Part shown: positions 56,378 through 64,000 of the stretch, piece after piece | Layout: each line of letters starts with the position of its first letter | How positions within the stretch are numbered: position 1 is the first letter of the stretch | Assembly (NCBI GenBank): GCA_036491125.1 | Contig: DASXCO010000206.1 | Span: forward strand, 1,363 to 65,362 | DNA from: Acidimicrobiales bacterium | GTDB lineage: Bacteria; Actinomycetota; Acidimicrobiia; Acidimicrobiales; AC-9 | Direction: 5' to 3' | DNA: 64,000 nucleotides | Position numbers and translations under genes: made by a program | Notes under the pieces: model-generated | Told to the model about the DNA's origin: nothing | Databases searched by the model: none | What the model saw: only the letters and a program-made list of their open reading frames with translations

Positions 56378-57661
56378 CTAGCAGAGGTTGACCCGCTTCG
56401 CGGACAGGACGTGGCCCGCGGCATCATCGAGTCGCGACAGCGGAAGCGTTCCGTCACCGACCGCAGCGGTCAGCTGGTTCACCACGTCGGGCCCAGACGA
56501 CGCAGACAGGTCGTACAGCACCATGTCGGCCCCAGCCGTCACCGCCTGTACTGCAGCGTGAGGAACGTCCAATCCGATGGACCTGATGGAACCGGCCGAC
56601 AGCGAATCGGTCAGCACGAGGCCACCGAAGCCGAGCTGGCGCGAGAGGAGGCCCCCGATGGCCGTCGAGGACAGACTGGCAGGGCCGCTGGTGAGCCCGG
56701 GGATGGTGTCGTTTCCCATCATGACTGCTGGTAGCCGAGCGCGAACGGCGTTACTGAAGGGCACCAGGTCCGAGCCCTCCAGCTCTGACAGGGCCGGCGT
56801 CGAGGCTGGCGCGTCGTCGGAGTTGGCCGTGGCCTGGCCTTCGCCGGGAAAGTGCTTGACCACTGGCATGACGCCGGCGGCCAGCAGCCCCTGGGCGAAA
56901 CCGAGCCCGTAGCTGGCGGCGATTCCCGGATCAGGGCTGAACGAGCGGGGACCGTCGGTGTGCTGCAGATCGGGCCCAGGCCCACTCGCCAGATCGAGCA
57001 CCGGGGCCAGATCGACGTCTACGCCGTTGGCCATCAGCTGGTGCCCGGTGGCCTCGCCCAGCTGACGAACGCCCTCCGGGCTCAGACTCGCGGTCATGGC
57101 CCTGGGGGAGGCCAGTGGCCCGACCAGATTGGGCATCCGTTGCACCGGCCCGCCTTCTTCGTCGGTCATGATCAGCGGGGCGACACCACCAGGCGCTTGT
57201 GCCTTGAGGCCCGCCAGCTGCTGCCCGAGGTCCGTCGGTGCCGATGATCCGAACAAGATGACTCCGCCGGCGCCCTGGCGGACGGCCGACACCGCGGTCG
57301 TCACGGCTGTCTCCTTCGCCGGCACGACGACCAGCTGCGCCGCACGGCGAGCTACCGGCCAGGTCGCCAGGACGCTGGCATTGCTGCAAGTGGTCGTGGT
57401 CGTGGCAGCCGGTGCTGACCTCGGTACGGGGGCCGCGTCATGCCGAACAGCGCCCAGCTGGGCGTGCGATCCACTCGTGGCACAGGACGCCGATGACGCT
57501 ACCAGCGCCGAGACCGCCAGGGCCCGTCCCAGAATCAGGGAGCGCCGAGAGCGCGACAGATGGTGGAGACCAGGCGTTGGGCCCACTGAACAAGAACCTG
57601 CTTGCAAAGATCCGTTTGATCTCACGCCGACCGCCCGGCAGGTCGCTCCAGCTCTTCGCAT
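56378..57661 (-). CDS. GH3 family glycoside hydrolase (NagZ-like), probable lipoprotein
   Basis: Motifs: LIMTDEEGGPVQR, KHFPGEGQATANSDD, GLVLTDSL. A signal peptide ends in a lipobox-like ASSASC. The start codon is uncertain. Confidence 0.88.
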   Translation of the reverse strand: MRRAGATCRAVGVRSNGSLQAGSCSVGPTPGLHHLSRSRRSLILGRALAVSALVASSASCATSGSHAQLGAVRHDAAPVPRSAPAATTTTTCSNASVLATWPVARRAAQLVVVPAKETAVTTAVSAVRQGAGGVILFGSSAPTDLGQQLAGLKAQAPGGVAPLIMTDEEGGPVQRMPNLVGPLASPRAMTASLSPEGVRQLGEATGHQLMANGVDVDLAPVLDLASGPGPDLQHTDGPRSFSPDPGIAASYGLGFAQGLLAAGVMPVVKHFPGEGQATANSDDAPASTPALSELEGSDLVPFSNAVRARLPAVMMGNDTIPGLTSGPASLSSTAIGGLLSRQLGFGGLVLTDSLSAGSIRSIGLDVPHAAVQAVTAGADMVLYDLSASSGPDVVNQLTAAVGDGTLPLSRLDDAAGHVLSAKRVNLC

Positions 57662-57731
57662 CCAGGCTACCGGCTAGAAGGACACACCAACACCTGGTGA
57701 GGCACACCTACCGCCCGGAGCCGACGAAGAA

Positions 57732-59063
57732 TCATCCACAGGGTGTGGCCTGCTGTCCGCTGTGCGGGTCCGCTCTCTCGATCAGCCAGGAGCCAGACTC
57801 GTTACGCATCGTGTAGTCGAGAGTCCACAGGTCACATGACTCGCCGTGTGGGCCAAGTTGCGGGCTCTGAAGGCTGGAGAACGTCGCATACACCGTCGCC
57901 GTACCGGGACTCTGTGGGGTGAGGGAATGGAGTGAGATGTTGAAGTCATATGTTGTCCTGAGGCCGCTGGCAAGCTGGTCCGGCGAGACCTGCGCACGCT
58001 GTGCAGCAGTGAGCTGGTTCCAGGCCGTGGCGTAGTCAGCAGCATCAATGGCTCGAAAATATGTCAGCAGCGTCTGCCCAATTGCGGTGGCGTCGGCTCC
58101 CGTGAGCTCCGAGTGTGGACTTGCATCCGCAGAAGGACCGGTTGGGCTCCCACACCCTGACTGGCTCGCCACGGTCTGAGGGCTCGCTTGCCAGCTGGCC
58201 AGGAGCGGCTGCGCCACCCTGCCGCTGACGGCGAAGGAGATGCCCTGCGCATCTGCCGCGCCCGCGTCGATGACGCCGACAACCTTGCCGTCCGGATCGA
58301 GCAGCGGTCCACCGCTGTTGCCGGGGTTCACGGAAGCATCCGTCTGAATCAACCCCGTGCGCGTCTGACCCTCGACGGGGATCGTCCGGTCGAGGCCACT
58401 GATGGAACCCTGAGTGAAGGTGAGAGGCAACCCTTCGGGGAAACCCATCGCGGCTACAGGAGTCCCAACGACCGGCGGAGTCTGTTGAACGGCGAAGACG
58501 TGCCCCGGCAGCGGCTGGTCAAGCCGGATCAGCGACACGTCACTGCCGCTGTCAATGCCCACGACGCTCCCGACCCTGGTGTCGCTGCCGGCCGTCACAC
58601 CTATGACGGCTGCTCCATCGACCACGTGCGCTGCCGTAGCAACCAGGTTAGGAGCGACGAGGAATCCAGTTCCGATGGCTGAACCGCTGCAGGACGTCCC
58701 GTCCAGGCGCACGACACCCGAGCTGTCCTGCGCGAAAAGCTGCGAAAACGGCGGAGGCGTGGGCGAGCCCGGCGCGGCGGTGCTGGCCGGTGACCTCCCT
58801 TGCGCCCCCTGAGGACCCGCTTGGACGCTTCGGTTCGGGCCTCCGTTCTGACCGAGGCGCAGAACTGCGACGGGCACGCCCACGAGCGCGGCGACAATCA
58901 GCACAGTGAGCGTCACGACCACTGCGGGCCGGCGATACCACACCCGCTGCTTGGCTGCGGGCGGCTCGACCTCCACAGGATGGAACCGGGAAGCCATCTC
59001 GCCACAGGCCGGGCAGAACGGCTTCCCCTCTACTTGCCGAGCCCCGCAGTTGGCGCAGAACAT
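57732..59063 (-). CDS. membrane-anchored trypsin-like (S1) serine protease with N-terminal zinc ribbon
   Basis: N-terminal MFCANCGARQVEGKPFCPACG followed by one TM. Catalytic triad context: TAAHVV, DVSLIRL, GNSGGPLLD. There is an extra ~130-aa C-terminal domain. Confidence 0.88.
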   Translation of the reverse strand: MFCANCGARQVEGKPFCPACGEMASRFHPVEVEPPAAKQRVWYRRPAVVVTLTVLIVAALVGVPVAVLRLGQNGGPNRSVQAGPQGAQGRSPASTAAPGSPTPPPFSQLFAQDSSGVVRLDGTSCSGSAIGTGFLVAPNLVATAAHVVDGAAVIGVTAGSDTRVGSVVGIDSGSDVSLIRLDQPLPGHVFAVQQTPPVVGTPVAAMGFPEGLPLTFTQGSISGLDRTIPVEGQTRTGLIQTDASVNPGNSGGPLLDPDGKVVGVIDAGAADAQGISFAVSGRVAQPLLASWQASPQTVASQSGCGSPTGPSADASPHSELTGADATAIGQTLLTYFRAIDAADYATAWNQLTAAQRAQVSPDQLASGLRTTYDFNISLHSLTPQSPGTATVYATFSSLQSPQLGPHGESCDLWTLDYTMRNESGSWLIERADPHSGQQATPCG

Positions 59064-59170
59064 CTCAGACTCCCCCTCCCGGAGCCCATGGTACGGACCG
59101 ATCTTGACGGGAGGCTGACGGAAGCCTGACCGTTCCCTGATTTGCCGAGCCTTGCCCGCCGGCGACCCCG

Positions 59171-59752
59171 CTATGGGTGGATTCGCTCCCCCGCCTCGAG
59201 CATGGCGACGAACTTCGCCAGGCGTTGGGCCCGTGTCTCGGGCTTCCTGGCGTCCTGGAGTCGGTAGAGGATGGCGTAGCGGTTCTGGCTGCTGAGCTCG
59301 GCGAAGAACGCACTGGCCTCAGGGCGGGCGTCGAGCTCGCGCCGGAGGTCGTCGGGAACGGCGATCCTCCGCTGCCCCTCATAGGCCGCGTCCCACCGGC
59401 CGTCGGCCTGGGCCCGCTGGACCTCGCCGAGCCCGGCCGGACGCATCCGGCCGTCGGCGATCAGTCGCTCGGCCTTGTCGCGGTTGATCCGCGACCATCG
59501 GCTTCGGGGTCGTCTCGGGGTGAACCGCTGGAGGAAGCAGCGCTCGTCGAGGGCCTCGCGGCGTCCGTCGATCCATCCGAAGCAGAGGGCGCAGTCCAGC
59601 ACCTCCGGGTAGCGCACGCTGTCGATGCCCGCGTCCCGCTTGGCCATCCTGATCCACAGGCCGTCCGAGGCGGCGTGGTTGCGCTCGAGCCACTCCTCCC
59701 AGTCGGCGGCGGAGGCGAAGGCGTGCTGCGGAAGGTCGTCGTCGGCGCCCAC
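59171..59752 (-). CDS. YdeI/OmpD-associated family protein
   Basis: 193 aa. Motifs: WEEWLERNHAASDGLWIRMAKR, CFGWIDGRR, NRYAILYRLQDAKKPETR-like C-terminus. Confidence 0.8.
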   Translation of the reverse strand: MGADDDLPQHAFASAADWEEWLERNHAASDGLWIRMAKRDAGIDSVRYPEVLDCALCFGWIDGRREALDERCFLQRFTPRRPRSRWSRINRDKAERLIADGRMRPAGLGEVQRAQADGRWDAAYEGQRRIAVPDDLRRELDARPEASAFFAELSSQNRYAILYRLQDARKPETRAQRLAKFVAMLEAGERIHP

Positions 59753-59827
59753 GCCGTCTCAGGCTAGCGCCCGGTCAGCGCGCCCCGGCGCCGTCGCCGG
59801 AGGGCGCGCGACAACCCGGCACAGACA

Positions 59828-61501
59828 TCAGCGAGCAGCGGATGGCGGGCTGTACACGGCGATGAACGGGCCACATCGTGACTGGCGTCCGTGGAGGACA
59901 CCCAGGATGTCAGGCGCCAGTGCAGCAGGACCGGGCTGGAGACCCTCAATGGGCACGACCGAGGCGTCCTGGGTCTCGAACAACACCAGGTAGTCGCCCT
60001 GCTGGTCGAGGGCGCGTGCGGCGCTGAGGATCTGGGCGTCGGATCCCCCGATCTCGTCGATCCACAGCCAGTCGAGGGGTAAGGGGTCGTGAAGGTGCAG
60101 CACCGGGTACATGGCGGCGTTGTTGGGCAGCATTGCCACCCGTCTGGCGGGCATCTCTCTGATGCAGGTCTTCATGTCCGTGAGATAGGCGCCCGTCTCG
60201 GGATTGGTACGGATGGATCCGAAGTCCGGCGCGATTCGGGAGAGCGGGAAGGTCAGCTGGCTCGCCGGGCGATCGCGGTAGATGTCGGTCCGGCGTGTGT
60301 GGACGAAGACGGCCGCGGTGGCAGCGAAGACGGCGACCGCCACCAGCGCGCTGACCAGCGCGCCCGGCTGCGTCGCGATCGTGTGTCCATCCCAGATGCG
60401 GATCACCGCCAGGAGCACCAGGCCTCCGGCAATGAGGTTCGGGACGGCGTAGCCCCAGGACAGGCTGACCATCCACCCCGTGCCCACCAGGGCGATACCC
60501 GGCCAGTCGACGCGCCGGCGGCGCCACATGTGCCACAGCACCACGACGCCCGCGATCTCCTCGAGCTGGTCCGCCCACGTGCCATAGAGCTGGAGGTGCT
60601 GCTGGAGCGCGGTCCCGACCACCACGGCCGTGAGCGCGACGCGCAGCCCGGTCCCGATCCAGCCACGCGGCCGGGCATCCGTGGCGACCACCGCGATCAG
60701 GAGAGCCACCACCACGGCCAAGCGGGCGAGGTCGCCGCCTGTGAGCATCTCGTTGATGAGGTCGCGCCCGTAGATGGGCCGGGCCCCGGTGATCTGGCGC
60801 ACGAAGGACGGAAAGGCACCAAAGGCGGAGATCACGATCACATAGAGCGCGCCGGGAACGGCCGCCAACAGGATTGAGCGGAGCGCGGTGGCGAACCGCG
60901 CCGCGGGAGCCGTGCGAGCGGTCACCATGGCGACGCCGAGGAGGGGGGCCAGGAAGAAGCTCTGCTTGACGACGAGCGCAGCCCCGAGCGCGATGAACCC
61001 GGCCACGGTCGTGCGCGGGTACTGCACGAGGACATAGCCGAGCGCGACGAGCAGAAGGCCGTCGATCGTGTGCCAGTCCATCAACGGGAACCCGTGGATG
61101 GAGATCAGGGCGCTCGCCGCGACCGCGACACCCTCCCACGCTCGCCATCGCGCCGGCGACCGGCCGATGACGAACCAGCCGACGAGGACCGCAGTACCCA
61201 CCAGCTCGGCCGTGGTGACGAGCCGGGAAGCGACGATGAGTGGCAGCGGCAGCGCGAAGTCGAGCAGGTGGATGATGGGCGATCCGACCGGACGGGGTGA
61301 GATGAAGTCGAGGTGGGGAACTTGACCCTGCAGGATGCGATAGCTCTGGGCCAGGATGTAGCCGTCATCGGTCGGGTTGAAGCCCAGACGAGCGGCGACG
61401 GCAAACACACCCGCGGTGAGCGCCAGAGCCCCCGCAACCACCCCTCCAGCGCGAACACGCCCCTCCCGACGATCCCGCGTCTCGCGGACCATCGTCGCCA
61501 T
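59828..61501 (-). CDS. large polytopic membrane protein, paralogue of 39098..41254 (possible GT-C type glycosyltransferase)
   Basis: 557 aa with more than 10 hydrophobic segments and a C-terminal soluble domain. After helix 1 it carries NPTDDGYILAQSYRILQG, which resembles SYDDEGYWLIALRSYHLHG in the other protein. Confidence 0.75.
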   Translation of the reverse strand: MATMVRETRDRREGRVRAGGVVAGALALTAGVFAVAARLGFNPTDDGYILAQSYRILQGQVPHLDFISPRPVGSPIIHLLDFALPLPLIVASRLVTTAELVGTAVLVGWFVIGRSPARWRAWEGVAVAASALISIHGFPLMDWHTIDGLLLVALGYVLVQYPRTTVAGFIALGAALVVKQSFFLAPLLGVAMVTARTAPAARFATALRSILLAAVPGALYVIVISAFGAFPSFVRQITGARPIYGRDLINEMLTGGDLARLAVVVALLIAVVATDARPRGWIGTGLRVALTAVVVGTALQQHLQLYGTWADQLEEIAGVVVLWHMWRRRRVDWPGIALVGTGWMVSLSWGYAVPNLIAGGLVLLAVIRIWDGHTIATQPGALVSALVAVAVFAATAAVFVHTRRTDIYRDRPASQLTFPLSRIAPDFGSIRTNPETGAYLTDMKTCIREMPARRVAMLPNNAAMYPVLHLHDPLPLDWLWIDEIGGSDAQILSAARALDQQGDYLVLFETQDASVVPIEGLQPGPAALAPDILGVLHGRQSRCGPFIAVYSPPSAAR

Positions 61502-61529
61502 GCGCGGCGATAGTAACCGAGGCGCCCCG

Positions 61530-63938
61530 CTAGCCCTCGGGCAGCGGCTGACGACGCTGCCACCAGCCGGCGACCCGCCAGCCGATCTCGAGGGCGACGT
61601 CGGCGAGCACCGAGAGCACGGCGGCCACGGTGATCGCCCACCACGACGGCAGCTGAAAATCGAAGAAGGTGTCGAGGCCCGGAATGGCGAGGGCGCCGGC
61701 GAACACCACGACCATCCCGACGACCAGGGCCAGGCGGCCCCGGTTGAACGGCCGGATCAGGATGACCAATACCCACAATCCCACGGCGAACAGGACGATG
61801 ACCGCTGTCGTGCGCGCTTCGGTCAGGGTGAGGCTGGGCTCGTCGCGAGCCACTGCGTACGCCGTGAACGTGGCCGCGGCCGCCACCACTCCGGACGGAA
61901 TGGCGAACCGAAGGACCCGGTCGACGAACCCGGGCCGCCAGCGCTGGGAATTGGGGCCGAGAGCGAGAAAGAACGCCGGCACCCCGATGGTCAACCCGCT
62001 CACGACCGTCAGGTGCCGGGGCAGAAACGGGAACGGCAGGGTCGCCAGGCCGATCGCAACAGCCAGGAGCACCGCGTACACGGTCTTCGTGACGAACAGG
62101 TTGGCCACGCGCTCGACATTGGCGATGACCCGCCGTCCCTCCCCGACCACTCCCGGCACGACGCCGAACGCGTTGTCGAGCAGCACCAGCTGGGCGACAG
62201 CGCGTGAGGCGCTGCTCCCCGAACCCATGGCCATACCGATGTCGGCGTCCTTGAGGGCGAGGACGTCGTTGACCCCGTCGCCGGTCATGGCTACCACGTG
62301 GCCGCGAGACTGCAGTGACGACACCATGGCCCGCTTCTGGTGCGGATTGACCCGGCCGAAGACCGAGTGGTCCTCGACCGCCTGGGCCAGCTCGTCCGGC
62401 TCGGACGGCAGGCCCCGCCCGTCGACCGGCTCCTCGGATCCCGGTACGCCCACGCGCCGGGCGATCGCCCCGACGGTCGTCGGGTTGTCGCCGGAGATGA
62501 TCTTCACCGTGACACCCTGGCGGCCGAAGTAGGCGACGGTGTCGGCGGCGTCTTCCCTGACCCGCTCGTCCAGCACCACCAGGGCGGCGGGCGTGATCGA
62601 GGCCGGAAGCGACGACGGATCCGCTGCGCCATCGCCGCGAGCGAGCAGGAGCACCCGCCTCCCCTCCCGAGCATGCGAATCGGCCTGTCCCAGGGCGCCC
62701 GTATCCGGCGCGCCGGCCAGGATGATCTCGGGCGCTCCCAGCAGCCAGGTCCCGTGCCCGTCGAACGTGGTCGCTCCCCACTTGCGCGCCGACGAGAACG
62801 GGGCGCGGGAGCTCACGGCCCAGCCCACCGAGTCGCCCGCCCACTCGCCGACGGCCTTGAGGCTGGCGTTGGGCTGCGGATCGGATGCCGCCAAGGCGCC
62901 GAGCGCGTCGCCGACCGGGAGCTCCGGCGCCAGGATCTCGACGTCGCGCACCTCCGTCACGCCCTCGGTGAGCGTCCCCGTCTTGTCCAGACAGGCCACG
63001 TCGACCCGCGCCAGCCCCTCGACGGCGGCGAGCTCCTGGACGAGGACCCGGCGGCGACCGAGGCGGACCACGGCCAGGGCAAAGGCGAGGCTGGTCAGCA
63101 GAACCAGGCCCTCGGGCACCATGCTGCCCACCCCTGCTACCGACCCACGCACCGAGTCCTTGAGATCGGCGGACTGGAGCTGGCTGAAGATCAGCAGCGC
63201 CGCCGCCGGTGGGATGACGAACGTCACCAGGCGCAATATCCGGTTGATGCCTTCCCGCAACTCGGACCGCACGAGCGTGAACCGACGGGCCTCGTCGGCG
63301 AGCTCGCGGGCGTAGGCCGAGCGACCGACGCGGGTTGCCTGATACCGGCCGGTCCCGGCCGTGACGAAGCTGCCGGACAGCACCTCGTCGCCCTCACTCT
63401 TCGGCATCGGGTCCGCCTCGCCGCTCAGGAGCGACTCGTCCAGCTCGAGCTCACCCACGAGCACCACACCGTCGACGAGCACCTGATCGCCCGTGGCCAG
63501 CTCGAGCACGTCGTCGAGCACGATCTGCTCGACTCCGAGCCGACGGACCCGGCCCTCGCGTACCGCCGCCGCCTGGGGCGCGCTGAGCACCGCCAGCTGA
63601 TCGAGGGTCTGCTTGGCCCGCAGCTCCTGGATGATCCCGATGGCCGCGTTGGCAACCAGCACCACGCCGAACACCGCGTCCTGGAGCGGTCCGACGATGA
63701 GGATGATGACGAGGAGAGCGCCGAGTATCGCGTTGAACCGGGTGAAGATGTTGGCCCGGAGGATCTGCCCGACCGTGCGCGACGGTGGGGCGGCGACCTC
63801 GTTGACGTCTCCCCGGGCGACACGAGCCCTGACCGCCGCATCGTCCAGGCCGACGAGCTGATCGACCGCCGGCCGTGGCTCTACCGTCCTGGTCACGGCA
63901 GCGACCGTCCGGCCGTCTGCGGGAGGTGGGGCACCCAA
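61530..63938 (-). CDS. cation-translocating P-type ATPase (P2-type, no N-terminal metal-binding domain)
   Basis: 802 aa. Motifs: CLDKTGTLTEG (phosphorylation site), VPEGLV in TM4, MTGDGVNDVLALKDADIGMAMGSG. Confidence 0.93.
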   Translation of the reverse strand: MGAPPPADGRTVAAVTRTVEPRPAVDQLVGLDDAAVRARVARGDVNEVAAPPSRTVGQILRANIFTRFNAILGALLVIILIVGPLQDAVFGVVLVANAAIGIIQELRAKQTLDQLAVLSAPQAAAVREGRVRRLGVEQIVLDDVLELATGDQVLVDGVVLVGELELDESLLSGEADPMPKSEGDEVLSGSFVTAGTGRYQATRVGRSAYARELADEARRFTLVRSELREGINRILRLVTFVIPPAAALLIFSQLQSADLKDSVRGSVAGVGSMVPEGLVLLTSLAFALAVVRLGRRRVLVQELAAVEGLARVDVACLDKTGTLTEGVTEVRDVEILAPELPVGDALGALAASDPQPNASLKAVGEWAGDSVGWAVSSRAPFSSARKWGATTFDGHGTWLLGAPEIILAGAPDTGALGQADSHAREGRRVLLLARGDGAADPSSLPASITPAALVVLDERVREDAADTVAYFGRQGVTVKIISGDNPTTVGAIARRVGVPGSEEPVDGRGLPSEPDELAQAVEDHSVFGRVNPHQKRAMVSSLQSRGHVVAMTGDGVNDVLALKDADIGMAMGSGSSASRAVAQLVLLDNAFGVVPGVVGEGRRVIANVERVANLFVTKTVYAVLLAVAIGLATLPFPFLPRHLTVVSGLTIGVPAFFLALGPNSQRWRPGFVDRVLRFAIPSGVVAAAATFTAYAVARDEPSLTLTEARTTAVIVLFAVGLWVLVILIRPFNRGRLALVVGMVVVFAGALAIPGLDTFFDFQLPSWWAITVAAVLSVLADVALEIGWRVAGWWQRRQPLPEG

Positions 63939-64000
63939 TGGCTCGTCTACCCTTCAGCCTGGCGAAATGGCCCGTGCTGCCGGGGCAACCACGACGTCAT

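Overview
The window is a densely coded, high-GC segment, about 70% by hand counts of sample lines. Gene content looks like an actinobacterial chromosome. I call about 60 CDS, 1 tRNA, 1 decayed pseudogene and several regulatory elements or repeats. CDS coordinates follow the ORF track. Positions I derived by counting bases may be off by 1-2 nt.

Gene content from left to right:
- Respiratory genes: ctaC-ctaD-ctaF, convergent with helD-ctaE-qcrC-qcrA-qcrB.
- Heme and core genes: hemE-hemY, an orphan ku, lnt, cobT, a GtrA-family protein, a GH1 beta-glucosidase and tesB.
- Citrate synthase block: gltA, a GNAT, and a CBS-pair/citrate-synthase fusion.
- Mixed housekeeping: PAC2, an amidase, NUDIX, and hemQ coupled to a LarE-like PP-loop enzyme.
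- An orphan groEL with a CIRCE operator.
- A ThrC-like enzyme plus a GG-terminated MoaD-like carrier. This pair sits behind what reads by eye as an S-box (SAM) riboswitch.
- Compatible-solute genes: gpgS, glycerate kinase, otsA and otsB, and further right ectABCD.
- tRNA-Thr, followed by a lower-GC (about 60%) three-gene envelope-glycosylation cassette.
- A molybdenum-hydroxylase (coxMSL-like) island with an amine-dehydrogenase-like gene, an NTF2-like gene, an SDR, a TetR regulator and an MFS transporter.
- typA, a GH3 lipoprotein, a zinc-ribbon S1 protease, a second large polytopic membrane protein and a P2-type ATPase.

Best-supported non-obvious observations:
- The SAM-riboswitch-controlled ThrC-like/MoaD-like module, predicted to make homocysteine from a protein thiocarboxylate.
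- A perfect TAGCCGATCGGCTA palindrome at both ends of the coxMSL-like operon.
- A Cys-to-Ser replacement at the expected catalytic position of Lnt.
- A CBS/citrate-synthase fusion with a D-to-E change in the NVDFY motif.
- A tRNA-adjacent low-GC glycosylation cassette whose large membrane protein has a paralogue 20 kb away.

I saw no CRISPR array, transposase, integrase or recognisable defence system.
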